A stretch of 64,000 nucleotides of DNA from Pirellulales bacterium (lineage in GTDB: Bacteria; Planctomycetota; Planctomycetia; Pirellulales; JAICIG01): NCBI GenBank assembly GCA_035547915.1, contig DASZTS010000072.1, positions 72,023 through 136,022 of the forward strand, written 5' to 3'. The notes below the pieces were generated by a model. That model did not search any database. It had not been told where the DNA came from and worked only from the letters and a program-made list of their open reading frames with translations. Positions 20,706 to 30,296 of this stretch are shown in pieces; the stretch's first letter is position 1; each line of letters begins with the position of its first letter. The translations under genes and the position numbers were made by a program.

Positions 20706-22016
20706 TTATAGGTAGCAGTTGATCAGGTTTTCGAGCATCTCCTGCCGGCCGCTCTTATTGGGCGCGATCTCGCCCTTGTCGAGCATATACTTTTCCAGCG
20801 AAGCAAAGCCGTGCTTGCCCGCCTCGATCTCGGCGCCCACGCCCGTATTCCACGAACCGTATCGCTCTTTGAGCAGCTTGTCGAGCTGGCCGTCGCTACG
20901 GATGGCGGCTGCGATCTTCAGGCCACGAGCGAAGGCGTCCATGCCACCGATGTGGGCGTAGAACAGGTCGATCGGCTCGAAACTCTCGCGCCGCACCTTG
21001 GCGTCGAAGTTCACACCGCCAGGTGCCAACCCGCCATACTTCAAGATCGACAGCATGCACTGGGTCGTCAGATAAATGTCGGTGGGGAACTGGTCGGTGT
21101 CCCAGCCGAGCAGCAAGTCGCCGGTGTTGGCGTCGATTGAACCCAAGAAGCCTTGATGGCCGGCATATTCCAGCTCGTGCTGCATGGTGTGTCCGGCCAA
21201 CGTGGCATGGTTGGTCTCGATGTTCAGCTTGACGTGGTCTGCCAGGTCGTACGCGCGCAAAAAGTTGATGCAGGCCGCCGCATCGAAGTCGTACTGGTGC
21301 TTGGTCGGCTCCTTCGGCTTCGGCTCGAACAGGAATTGCCCCTTGAAGCCGATCTGCTTGGCATAGTCGACGGCCATGTGCATGAAGCGGGCCAGGTGGT
21401 CGAGCTCGCGCTTCATGTCGGTGTTCAACAGGTTTTGATAACCCTCGCGGCCGCCCCAGAAGACATAATTATCACCGCCCAGTTCCTTGGTGACTTCGAT
21501 TGCCTTCTTGACTTGCGCCGCGGCGTAGGCGAAGGCGTCGGCATGGCAGCTTGTCGCCGCACCGTGCATATACCGCGGATTGCTGAACAGGTTGGCCGTA
21601 CCCCACAGCAGTTTGATGCCGGTGCGCTGCTGTTCCTCCTTGAGCACTTTGACCACGGCATCGAGGTTCTTGTTCGACTCGGCCAGCGTTTTGCCTTCGG
21701 GCGCGACGTCGCGATCGTGGAAACAGTAGAAGCCGACCCCCAGCTTCTCCATGAATTCGAAGGCTACGCGGGCGCGACTCTCGGCATTTTGCACCGAGTC
21801 GCTGGCGGCCTCCCAGGGCCGCAACATGGTGCCGGGGCCGAACGGATCACTTCCCGTGCCGCGGAACGTGTGCCAGTAGGCCACACTGAAGCGGAAGTGG
21901 TCTTTCATGGGCTTCCCTTCCACCACCTCGTCGGCGTCGTAGTGATGGAAGGCGAGCGGGTTCTTGCTCTTTGGCCCGTCAAAGGGGATCTTATTCACTT
22001 CGGCAAAAGCGGGCAT
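20706..22016 (-). CDS. xylA: Xylose isomerase
   Basis: Contains [75 protein letters not shown] and GSIDANTGD. Confidence 0.93.
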   Translation of the reverse strand: MPAFAEVNKIPFDGPKSKNPLAFHHYDADEVVEGKPMKDHFRFSVAYWHTFRGTGSDPFGPGTMLRPWEAASDSVQNAESRARVAFEFMEKLGVGFYCFHDRDVAPEGKTLAESNKNLDAVVKVLKEEQQRTGIKLLWGTANLFSNPRYMHGAATSCHADAFAYAAAQVKKAIEVTKELGGDNYVFWGGREGYQNLLNTDMKRELDHLARFMHMAVDYAKQIGFKGQFLFEPKPKEPTKHQYDFDAAACINFLRAYDLADHVKLNIETNHATLAGHTMQHELEYAGHQGFLGSIDANTGDLLLGWDTDQFPTDIYLTTQCMLSILKYGGLAPGGVNFDAKVRRESFEPIDLFYAHIGGMDAFARGLKIAAAIRSDGQLDKLLKERYGSWNTGVGAEIEAGKHGFASLEKYMLDKGEIAPNKSGRQEMLENLINCYL

Positions 22017-22092
22017 GTGTTCTTCTCCACGGAAGGATCGCGAATCGCCCTATGGTGCCAGATCGGTACACGCGAGGCAACTGTCGGACTCC

Positions 22093-23691
22093 ATGCTCAA
22101 TCGTCTTTTCCAGGCCATAACGCTCGTCGCCCTCGGTGCGACGTTGGTTTCCGCCGCCGAACCCGATTGGGAACAGGTCGGCCGACGGCTGAACGACGGT
22201 GTGCTCCGCTGGGGCGGCGACGCCGAGGGGGGCGCGCCGTTCCAGTTGCGCGACCCCGCCGATCCGGGCCGGGTCATCGGCTTCGAGGTCGAATTGGCCG
22301 ATGCCCTGGCCGCGGCGCTCGCCGACCGGTTGGGCCGGCCGCTCAAGGCCGAATTCGAGCAGTACGAGTGGGTGAGCCTGCCGCTCGGCCTGGCAAAGGG
22401 CGATTTTGATTTGATTCTCAGCGGCTTCGAGATCACCGAAGACTCCCGTGGTGAGGTTCTCTTTTCGCGTCCCTATTATGCCTACGCCGAACAGCTCGTG
22501 GTGCGCCGCGACGAACACCGCATCGGCTCGCTCGACGACTGCCGCGGCCGGCTCGTGGGTACGCTGGCCGGCAGCGCCGCCGACCGCCTGCTGCGCCAGC
22601 ATGGCATTGTGCCGGTGGCCTTCGACGGACAGGTCGAACCGTACCTCGACCTCGAATTGGGTCGGCTCGATGCCGTGCTGCTTGATACGCCGATCGTTGC
22701 CTATTACGCCGAGGTCAACCCTAAGCTGAAGCTCGTTGGAGACCGCATCGGACCGGGTGACTATGGGGTGGCCGCGCGCCCGGCCGACCGGCAGCTCATC
22801 GTCGCCATCGATGCGGCACTAGGCGACCTGATGACGACGGGCCGGCTGCGGCAGATCCTCAAACGCTGGCATCTGTGGAACGCCGATCAGGCTAAGCTGG
22901 CGCGCGGTGCAAACCGGGCTGCGGAATTGAACGGACTCGGCTTCGATGCCTCCGGAACGCCGCACGACCACGAGGACGAACCGATCGAAACGGTCGATCG
23001 CAACATCATGGCCTCCTCGGCGCAGCGGTGGACGATCGATGCCTACGGCCCGCTCCTATTGCGCGCGGCCGGTATGACCGTGCTTCTGACCGCGGCTAGC
23101 ATGGCACTGGCCATGCTGCTGGGCCTGGTGGTGGCGATCGTACGGCTCTACGCCCCGCAGCCCTTTCAGTGGCTGGCCTTGAGTTACGTCGAGTTCTTTC
23201 GCGGCATCCCCTTGTTGCTGGTATTATTCTTCCTCTATTTCGGCGCGGCCCCGTATCTGGCCGACGTCGGTCTGCGACTGCGCCCGGAAGCCGTGGCCAT
23301 TCTGGGTTTCGGGCTGAACTACGCGGCCTACGAGTCGGAGATCTATCGCAGCGCCATTCTCTCGGTGCCGCGGCGGCAATGGGAGGCGGCCCAGGCGCTC
23401 GGCATGCCGGACGTGCTCTGTTTTCGCCGCATCATCTTGCCGCAGGCGATCCGCACGGCGTTGGGGCCGATGACGAACGATTTCGTGGCCCTCTTCAAGG
23501 ACACCAGCCTGGTCAGCGTGATCGCCGTGCGCGAGCTGACCAAGGAGTATTTGATTCTGTCGCGCTCCAGCCTCAAATTCGTCGAGCTGGGCGTATTGAC
23601 CGCCGTCCTCTACCTGGCCATGTCGGTGCCGCTGGGGTATCTCTCGCGCTACCTCGAACGTCGCTGGTCGGGGGGCGAGCGGCGAGGTTAG
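22093..23691 (+). CDS. Amino-acid ABC transporter, fused periplasmic substrate-binding domain and permease
   Basis: The ATG at 22093 inside ORF 21964..23691 gives MLNRLFQAITLVALGATLVSAA (signal). The binding-protein part includes FEVELADALA..DLILSGFEITEDSR..VGTLAGSAAD. The C-terminal permease carries VEFFRGIPLLLVLFFLYFG..EAAQALGM..ILPQAIR (EAA loop). No ATPase gene is adjacent. Confidence 0.8.
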   Translation: MLNRLFQAITLVALGATLVSAAEPDWEQVGRRLNDGVLRWGGDAEGGAPFQLRDPADPGRVIGFEVELADALAAALADRLGRPLKAEFEQYEWVSLPLGLAKGDFDLILSGFEITEDSRGEVLFSRPYYAYAEQLVVRRDEHRIGSLDDCRGRLVGTLAGSAADRLLRQHGIVPVAFDGQVEPYLDLELGRLDAVLLDTPIVAYYAEVNPKLKLVGDRIGPGDYGVAARPADRQLIVAIDAALGDLMTTGRLRQILKRWHLWNADQAKLARGANRAAELNGLGFDASGTPHDHEDEPIETVDRNIMASSAQRWTIDAYGPLLLRAAGMTVLLTAASMALAMLLGLVVAIVRLYAPQPFQWLALSYVEFFRGIPLLLVLFFLYFGAAPYLADVGLRLRPEAVAILGFGLNYAAYESEIYRSAILSVPRRQWEAAQALGMPDVLCFRRIILPQAIRTALGPMTNDFVALFKDTSLVSVIAVRELTKEYLILSRSSLKFVELGVLTAVLYLAMSVPLGYLSRYLERRWSGGERRG

Positions 23692-23737
23692 CACCAGCAT
23701 CACCCGCCCCGACTGCTCGTCAGCGCCCCGCGAAGCG

Positions 23738-25108
23738 TCACTCCGCTCCCGCCTGCGCGCGGGCCTCGCGCACGATGAGCCCCTCGACTTCCGGCGCCCA
23801 GACGGTGGGCAAGCCGTAGTAGACCATCGCGCCGCCTCCCTCGTAGCCGCCCTCCGCCAGCACTCGCCGCGAAGGGATGTAGGCCATCACGTCGTTCGCG
23901 TAACCGGCCACCCAGGTACGCTTGCCAGCGAGCTCGGCCTTGAGCCGCAGTGCATAATCGACCACGACTTCGCCGCCGAGCGCCAGCCAACGCACGTCGC
24001 GGCCGAGCCACCAGCACTGTATGGGATAGGGATACGTTGGGCTGAGTGGTTGGCCGGCATCGACGCGCGCGAGCAACAGCCGGCCGCGTTGGGCTTCGTA
24101 TTTGTTCGTCGACTCGGATTGCTGTAGCAAGGATTCGCGCGTCGGCAACGGACCGAACGGCAACTCGATCTCGCGGTAAGTTGCCGCCAGGTTTCCTTCG
24201 ACGGGCGCCGTCACGCCGGCCAGCACGCGATCGACGGACTGCGCGAGGTGGTTCCCGTATTGCTCGGCCAGTTCGACCCGGCGTCGCGGCACGGGATTCT
24301 GGTCAGCGCCGCAGCCGGCCCAGAACAGGGCGGTCATCCCCGGGTGCGATTCTTCCAGCGCCCGTTGTGCATATCCCGGATAGTCGCCCGACCACTGATA
24401 GAAGTCGAGCACCGTGGCATGGCAGGCATAGCCGAAGGCGACCGCCACCAGTTCCCTCTTTGCGTCGCGCACGGCCAGCACGGGCACGTCGTAGTCGACC
24501 GGCCCCACCAGTCCGCCCGCCTGGCGGCGCTGGGGAACGTCGGCCTCTTTGTTATTGCGACGATTGACGGCGAACGTCGCTTGCCCGCTCCCCCAAGCGA
24601 GCGCGCACGGCGCCAAATGATCGATGGCCTCACCCACGAGCTTGACCACCGTCTGTTCCAATTGCTCCGCATACTCGTCGACCCATTGCAACTGCTGCTG
24701 GTCGAGGAAGTACATCGCGCTCAGGTTGCGACCCACGACCGGACCGCAATGCGTGTGGGAAACAGCCAGCATGACTTGGGCGCGGTCGAGACCATATTTT
24801 TCCCGCAAAGCTCCGCAGATGCGGACGGACGAATCGCGCGCGATGCCGACCAGATCGAGCGTGACGAGCACCACCCGCTTGCCGCGCGCGTCTTCGAGCA
24901 CGAGCACCTTGGCCCACAGATCGAGGCTCGTACCTTCGGCGGGCCGATCGCGGGCGCCGTAGCCCGACATCCACATCGACCGCTCTGGCGTGATCTTGGT
25001 TCGTGCCGTTCCGGCCCGCCAACCATCCGCGGCGGCGGTGTGCACGGCGACGAGGAGCGCGAAAGTGGCGATGCAGAACCGGACGGCACCGGCCGCGTTT
25101 GGCTGCAT
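23738..25108 (-). CDS. Secreted neutral/alkaline-ceramidase-N-terminal-like hydrolase family protein
   Basis: Signal peptide, then AGTARTKITPERSMWMSGYGARDRPAEGTSLDLWAKVLVLEDARGKRVVLVTLDLVGI..AVSHTHCGP. The family assignment is from memory of similar planctomycete annotations. Confidence 0.6.
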   Translation of the reverse strand: MQPNAAGAVRFCIATFALLVAVHTAAADGWRAGTARTKITPERSMWMSGYGARDRPAEGTSLDLWAKVLVLEDARGKRVVLVTLDLVGIARDSSVRICGALREKYGLDRAQVMLAVSHTHCGPVVGRNLSAMYFLDQQQLQWVDEYAEQLEQTVVKLVGEAIDHLAPCALAWGSGQATFAVNRRNNKEADVPQRRQAGGLVGPVDYDVPVLAVRDAKRELVAVAFGYACHATVLDFYQWSGDYPGYAQRALEESHPGMTALFWAGCGADQNPVPRRRVELAEQYGNHLAQSVDRVLAGVTAPVEGNLAATYREIELPFGPLPTRESLLQQSESTNKYEAQRGRLLLARVDAGQPLSPTYPYPIQCWWLGRDVRWLALGGEVVVDYALRLKAELAGKRTWVAGYANDVMAYIPSRRVLAEGGYEGGGAMVYYGLPTVWAPEVEGLIVREARAQAGAE

Positions 25109-25123
25109 GTCAACGCTTTCTGT

Positions 25124-28100
25124 TCAAGGGACGCTCAACAGATAGGCGATCAAATCGGCCATTTCCTGCTTGGTGAGCTGCTTCTCCAAGCCGTCTGGCA
25201 TGAGCGACTGACCCGTGCTACGAAGTTCTTCGATGTTCACGCGCAGGACCGTGTCGCCGGCCCCTTCCGCGCGGCGCAACGTGACACTGGTGGCCGTCTC
25301 GGCGCCGATCATACCCGTCAGCGACCGGCCGTCATCGGTGACGAGCACGTAGTTCACGAACTGCGGGTTCACTTCGCGGCTCGGATCGAGCAGGTTCACC
25401 AGGATGGCATCGGCCCCGCGGCTTTTGACCGTGGCCAGATTCGGACCGGTCTCTTGCCCCACTCCTTCCACCCGGTGACAGGCGGCGCACACCTTTTTGA
25501 AGGCCGCTTTGCCGCGCGGGGCGTCGCCGGGCAGTGTCAGAACGTCGCGATACGCTTCGACCACGTCCTGTCGGCGGCCGATCGCCAGCGACGCAAACAA
25601 CTTCTCGGCCCGGCTGCGGATCGCCGCGTCACCCTGGGAGGAAAGCAGCTTGAGCCGCGCCGCATCGAGGTCACTCGCCCCGATTTCGCTCTGCTCCACT
25701 GCGTCGAAGAGGGCCGCGATCCAGATCGGCCGCGAGAAGAGCAGATCGGATGCTGCGCTGCGCACCGCCGGACCGAGACCCGGCCAGGCGGTCAGCACGA
25801 TGCTCGCCACGGCCGCGTCGTCGAACCGGCCCAGCGTGCGCAGTGCCGCGCGCTGCACGTCCTGCGGCTGCCGCTCGTTGACGAGACCGCGCAAGCATTC
25901 TTCGACGTCAGCGAAGGGAGCCAGCCCCAATGTGTCGATGGCGGCGACGCGGCGGTTGACCGGCTCGCTGTCGCTGGCCGCGGTCGTGCGGGCGGAGGCG
26001 ATCAGGCCCTCGACCAGGTGCCGGGCCGCCGCTGCTCGGTCGCCCGCCAAGGCCGATTCCAAATTGGCGCCGCGCTGGGCCAATCCCGCGGCGAGGCCCC
26101 GCACGAGAACGGCTGCCGTAACCGCATCGCTCCGGGCGAGCCGCTCGATCGTGCTCAGCGTCGAGTCCGAATCGGCCGGCTGATTCGCCAGGCCGATCTG
26201 CCGGGCGAGCGATGCGAGCAAAATATTCCCCGCGTCGCTCTGGCGGAACTCGGCACTGTCTGCGAGCCGATCGAGCACCTGCGCCGCGCCGGCGGCCAGA
26301 GAACTCTGTATGGCCAGCCTCATCCAAGGGTCGCCCGCATCCCGCCGCGCGAGAGCGATCAGAGCCGGCAACCGCTCGGGCCCGCGCATCTCGCCGAGCG
26401 AAAAGGCGACCTGATATCGCACCGACAAGTCGTCGTCGGCGACCATCGCCAGCAGCTTCTTGCCCAGCTCGGCGGAACCGTCCAAAAACGGCTCCGACAA
26501 TGTGACGGCATGCCGGCGGACGCCCGGATGTTCATCGGCCAACCCGTGAAGTAAGTCTTTTTCCGCGAGTGCCCCCAGTCCCGACAAGGCATAGAGGGCG
26601 TGCAGGCGGGCGAACGCCTCAGGCGATTCCGTGAGCAACCGCTTCAACAGCGGCACGGCCGCCGCGTCTCGCCGCTCGAAAAGCAACCGTGCCGCCGTGT
26701 CGCGATGCCAACTATTGGCGTGGCCGAGCAGGGCCACCAACTCGGGCGTCGTGGCCCGCCGCAACGCGGGCGCCGGACGGCCTTTCCAACCATCGGGCGC
26801 GATGCGGTAGATGCGTCCGCGATCACGGCCGCTCGTCAGGTCGAGGTGCCGCTTGATCATCGGGGGCAGGCTGGCCGGATGCTCGATCACCTCGCGGTAC
26901 ACATCGAGGATATAGAGCGTGCCATCGGGTACGTTCAAGAACTGGGCCGGACGGAACCAGATATCGCGTGAGCTGACGAACTCCGAATTCTCGTCGACGC
27001 GGCGGCCGACGAATTCGAGCGGCTCCTTGTCGTCGGGCTCGAGCCGTTTGCGATGCACCAGATTGCTCCCTACGTCGCCGACGATGGCCCACTCTTGCGA
27101 GGTCGGCCAGGCGTCTCCCTTGTAGATCGTCACACCGGTGGCACCCGTGAAGTAACCCGCCGCGCGGCCGCCTCCTTCAATGATCCCGGGAGCCGCGCCC
27201 GACACACGCAGGCGCGTGCGCACGATCCGCCACGGCTCGACCGGACTGGTACGGAACACCTCGGCTTGCGGCCCGTCGGCCGCGATACTCCGCCGCGGCC
27301 CCGGTGCGGTGAGATACGGATTGCGTGCGATGTATCGATCCTCGTACATCACCTGTTGCAGATGGTCGCTGTTGGAGCAGACGAACTTTCGCCCCCAGGC
27401 GTCGAAGCTCATGCCGTGCTGGGCGCCGCCGCTGGTCGCCGAAAGCTCGAGCGTGCGCGGGTCGAACGCGAAATCGCGACCGTTCAGGTTCTTAGGTTCC
27501 GATTTCGATCGGATATCGGTCTCTTGGTCGTCAACACGTTGAACGTTGCCGCCGCCGGTGCTGGTCGCACCGTGGATGCGGTTGTCGAGCCCCCAGCAAA
27601 AGGAATTCAGCAACCCTTGCACGTTCGTTTTGCTGAAACCGGTGAACACGGTCCGCCGCACATCGGCCCGGCCGTCGCCGTCGGTGTCCTTGCAATAGAG
27701 GATGTCGGGAGCGTCGCCGATGAAGACGCCGCCGTCGTAGCAGGCGATGGCCGTCGGCCACGAAAGGTGCTCGACGAACGGCATGCTCTTGTCGAACCGG
27801 CCGTCGCCGTCGGTGTCGGTGAGCAACCGCACGCGGCTGAGCAGTTCGTCGGCCTGTTCGGAGTAGCCACGCATCTCGACCACGTACAGCCGACCGTCTT
27901 CATCGAAGGCGGCGGCCACCGGGTCGTTGACGAGCGGTTCGGCGGCCACCATTTCGAGCCGATAGCCGGGCTGCACCGTGAACGTGCCGCCGGTGTCCGC
28001 CGGCTCGACGGGCGGGATGCGCGGCAGTTCGGCGCCGAAATCGGCGTCCGCGGTCGGCTGTGCCGAGGCATGGGGCGAGCCGGCATGAATCAGACAGCCG

Positions 28101-28192
28101 ACCAGGCAACAAAAGTAAATCCACGGCGAGACGCGCAGGATGCCGTCGCGCGTCTCACGGCCCGAAGAAGCTGGCGCACATCGAATGCTCAT
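25124..28192 (-). CDS. PVC-type membrane-bound-dehydrogenase-like / HEAT-repeat / heme-binding (CxxCH) protein
   Basis: The N-terminal region reads MVAAEPLVNDPVAAAFDEDGRLYVVEMRGY..DTDGDGRFD. Long HEAT-like helical repeats follow. The C-terminus carries KKVCAACHRVEGVGQETGPNL..SLMP, a cytochrome c motif. Its start overlaps the anti-sigma stop by 4 nt according to the ORF track. Confidence 0.85.
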   Translation of the reverse strand: MSIRCAPASSGRETRDGILRVSPWIYFCCLVGCLIHAGSPHASAQPTADADFGAELPRIPPVEPADTGGTFTVQPGYRLEMVAAEPLVNDPVAAAFDEDGRLYVVEMRGYSEQADELLSRVRLLTDTDGDGRFDKSMPFVEHLSWPTAIACYDGGVFIGDAPDILYCKDTDGDGRADVRRTVFTGFSKTNVQGLLNSFCWGLDNRIHGATSTGGGNVQRVDDQETDIRSKSEPKNLNGRDFAFDPRTLELSATSGGAQHGMSFDAWGRKFVCSNSDHLQQVMYEDRYIARNPYLTAPGPRRSIAADGPQAEVFRTSPVEPWRIVRTRLRVSGAAPGIIEGGGRAAGYFTGATGVTIYKGDAWPTSQEWAIVGDVGSNLVHRKRLEPDDKEPLEFVGRRVDENSEFVSSRDIWFRPAQFLNVPDGTLYILDVYREVIEHPASLPPMIKRHLDLTSGRDRGRIYRIAPDGWKGRPAPALRRATTPELVALLGHANSWHRDTAARLLFERRDAAAVPLLKRLLTESPEAFARLHALYALSGLGALAEKDLLHGLADEHPGVRRHAVTLSEPFLDGSAELGKKLLAMVADDDLSVRYQVAFSLGEMRGPERLPALIALARRDAGDPWMRLAIQSSLAAGAAQVLDRLADSAEFRQSDAGNILLASLARQIGLANQPADSDSTLSTIERLARSDAVTAAVLVRGLAAGLAQRGANLESALAGDRAAAARHLVEGLIASARTTAASDSEPVNRRVAAIDTLGLAPFADVEECLRGLVNERQPQDVQRAALRTLGRFDDAAVASIVLTAWPGLGPAVRSAASDLLFSRPIWIAALFDAVEQSEIGASDLDAARLKLLSSQGDAAIRSRAEKLFASLAIGRRQDVVEAYRDVLTLPGDAPRGKAAFKKVCAACHRVEGVGQETGPNLATVKSRGADAILVNLLDPSREVNPQFVNYVLVTDDGRSLTGMIGAETATSVTLRRAEGAGDTVLRVNIEELRSTGQSLMPDGLEKQLTKQEMADLIAYLLSVP

Positions 28193-29529
28193 TCACGTCG
28201 GTCCTCGGTGGTGCTGCGGGGGGAGGCGGGCGTGCGCTGGCTCTGATGATAACGTAACCGCAACTGTCTTTGCATCTGGTCGGCCGGCAGGTTGAGCAAT
28301 TGGGCCCGTTGCGCCGGATCGAGCTGGGTTTCGAAGAATCTCTTTAATTCTTCGTCGGTGACCTCCGGCAGCGAAATCTGCACGCCGCGCGCAGCGGGTG
28401 AGAACAACTGCCCGAGCCAGGTCTGCAACAGTCGGCGGCGTTCTTCGAGCGTCTCGGCCTTGTCGAGTTGCTGCTGCCCACGCGGCGAGAGCCGTGCATG
28501 CAACGCGGCGCCGCGCTCGCCTCCCAGCAACGCTGCCAGGCCCGCCAAAGAGGGCCGCCCGCCCGGATTGCCCGGTGCCCGGCGCAATTCATTGAGCGTG
28601 TACCCCAGGATTTCACGCCGCACGGGCTCAGGCTGCCCCGCCAATCGTTGCTCGATCTGCCGGCGCCGCGCCGCGGGAAACCGCGCCAGCAGTTGCGCCT
28701 CGATCCAGTCGACGAAGACCTGCGCGTCGGTGGCGCTCAGTCGCCGCGCTTCATCTTCGCGCAGACGGCGGATGCGCGCCAAACGTTGCTCCCCTTCGAG
28801 CGCCATCAACTCGGCGCGTTCCACGCCCTGACGTTGCTCGAGCCAGCGCTCGAAGCGGGCGAGCACCGCCGTCAGTTGGGCCGATTGTTTGTCGGCGCGG
28901 ACGTCCGCCGATAGTTTTCGCAGACGGTCTTGCTCTTCGACCGGCAGGTGCACGAACCGCTCGTATTCACGGTGCAGCCCCTGCTTCTCGTCGGCGGTCA
29001 GGGACTGCAAACGGGCGTCATCGTCGAGGGAGTTGCTCGGCGCCGCATCGCCCGGCGAATCTTCGACAAACAAGCCGGCCTGCCACAGTTGCCGCGCGAA
29101 GTCGAGCGATGGGGTCTGGCGATATGCCTCCAGGTTCTCGACGATCGACAGGTCGCGCAGTAGCCGATCGTTGGCATCGGGCCAGAGGCGGGCGCCGCAG
29201 AACCCGACCGCGGCGGCCGCCGCCAGCGCGATCGTCACGAACGTCCAGCGGCTGTGATGGCCGGCGCGGGCCGATTGCATTTCCTCGGCGAGCGCCATAG
29301 CCGCCATTTCTACGGTCGAGCGTGTGAAGGACGGATCGACCTCGGCCCGCGGCAGACGGTCGAGCAGATCCCAGGTGCGATCGAACTCGCGCATTTCGCG
29401 TTCGACGCGCGGATCGCGGGCCAGCCGTTCTTCGACCTGCCGGGCCGACGCGCCATCCAACTCGCCGTCGAGATAGGCGACGAGCCTCTCACGCCATTCA
29501 GGCGATTCGGGTTCCAGCGGTTCGTTCAT
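28189..29529 (-). CDS. Anti-sigma factor-like membrane protein with a long helical periplasmic domain
   Basis: MNEPLEPESPEWRERLVAYLDGELDGASARQVEERLARDPRVEREMREFDRTWDLLDRLP is a typical anti-sigma N-terminus. It has a single TM (WTFVTIALAAAAAVGFCGARLW) and a 4-nt overlap with the ECF sigma gene upstream. Confidence 0.75.
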   Translation of the reverse strand: MNEPLEPESPEWRERLVAYLDGELDGASARQVEERLARDPRVEREMREFDRTWDLLDRLPRAEVDPSFTRSTVEMAAMALAEEMQSARAGHHSRWTFVTIALAAAAAVGFCGARLWPDANDRLLRDLSIVENLEAYRQTPSLDFARQLWQAGLFVEDSPGDAAPSNSLDDDARLQSLTADEKQGLHREYERFVHLPVEEQDRLRKLSADVRADKQSAQLTAVLARFERWLEQRQGVERAELMALEGEQRLARIRRLREDEARRLSATDAQVFVDWIEAQLLARFPAARRRQIEQRLAGQPEPVRREILGYTLNELRRAPGNPGGRPSLAGLAALLGGERGAALHARLSPRGQQQLDKAETLEERRRLLQTWLGQLFSPAARGVQISLPEVTDEELKRFFETQLDPAQRAQLLNLPADQMQRQLRLRYHQSQRTPASPRSTTEDRRE

Positions 29530-30287
29530 GGCAACTCGTCGGCCTCCCGCGCGAGGGGGCGTTCGCCGCGCTCCAGGTAGGGCGCCAGCGCCTCACGCAG
29601 GTTTTCTCGCGCCCTCGACAAGAGCGACTTGATGGCTTGGGGGGTCAGGTCCATCGTGGCGGCGATGTCGGCATAGCTCATCTGTTCGAACTTGTTGAGT
29701 AGCACGGCCAACCGCTGCCGCTCGCTGAGCGAGTCGAGCGCGGCCTGCACCACGGCGCACAGCTCGGCCTTGTCGAGTTGCCTGGCGGGCATCAGGCCGC
29801 TCGCGGCGAGCGCTAATTCATCGATGGTCATACCGTTGCTGCCCCCCGGGTGCCGCGGCGCGACCTGCACTTCGCGCCGCATTGAGCGCGACCGCAGGGC
29901 GTTCGAAGCCACATTATTGGCGATGGTGAACAGCCAGGTCGAGAATTTAGATGCCGGCTGATATCGCTCGCGGGCCCGATAGACCCGCAAGAAGACTTCC
30001 TGTGCCAGGTCCTCGGCCTGCCCACGCTTGCCGACCAGGTGCTCCAACACGGTCACCAGGCGATTCTGATAACGGAGCATCAGTTCCTCGAAGGCGGCGG
30101 CGTTCCCTTCGCGGACCGCCAGCATGAGCCGGACATCGGGGTCGGCCAGGGGGTTGATGCAGGCCGACGAATCGGCGGCCGCGGCGCCTTCCACCATCGT
30201 TGTCGACGATCTTCGAGAGTCTTTCGCGCGACCGCGCCCCAAGGCCGCGTCCATCCTCTCCAGCCTAAGCGATGGGCGCCCAGGCAT
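29526..30287 (-). CDS. ECF-type RNA polymerase sigma-70 factor
   Basis: Contains LMLAVREGNAAAFEELMLRYQNRLVTVLEHLVGKRGQAEDLAQEVFLRVYRAR (region 2) and SERQRLAVLLNKFEQMSYADIAATMDLTPQAIKSLLSRAR (region 4). The start is uncertain (ATG at 30287, 30254 or 30197). Confidence 0.88.
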   Translation of the reverse strand: MPGRPSLRLERMDAALGRGRAKDSRRSSTTMVEGAAAADSSACINPLADPDVRLMLAVREGNAAAFEELMLRYQNRLVTVLEHLVGKRGQAEDLAQEVFLRVYRARERYQPASKFSTWLFTIANNVASNALRSRSMRREVQVAPRHPGGSNGMTIDELALAASGLMPARQLDKAELCAVVQAALDSLSERQRLAVLLNKFEQMSYADIAATMDLTPQAIKSLLSRARENLREALAPYLERGERPLAREADELP

Positions 30288-30296
30288 CCAGCGCCG

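Noticed and set aside
24248-26554. 768-aa plus-strand ORF
   Set aside because: It is antisense to the ceramidase-like and heme-protein genes and has no recognisable motifs. The same reasoning applies to 21153..22409, 27053..28246, 30519..32165, 32250..33284, 44260..45630, 45608..46615, 47849..49054, 53207..54142, 53967..55358 and 59293..60501.
28180-28325. Apparent 1-nt inconsistency when I hand-translated the anti-sigma 3' end
   Set aside because: By my base counting, the ATGA junction fell at 28188-28191, and an extra g seemed to be present near 28320. The ORF track gives uninterrupted in-frame ORFs with an ATGA overlap at 28189-28192. My counts matched the track at every other junction I checked, so I treat this as my transcription or counting error and not as a frameshift.
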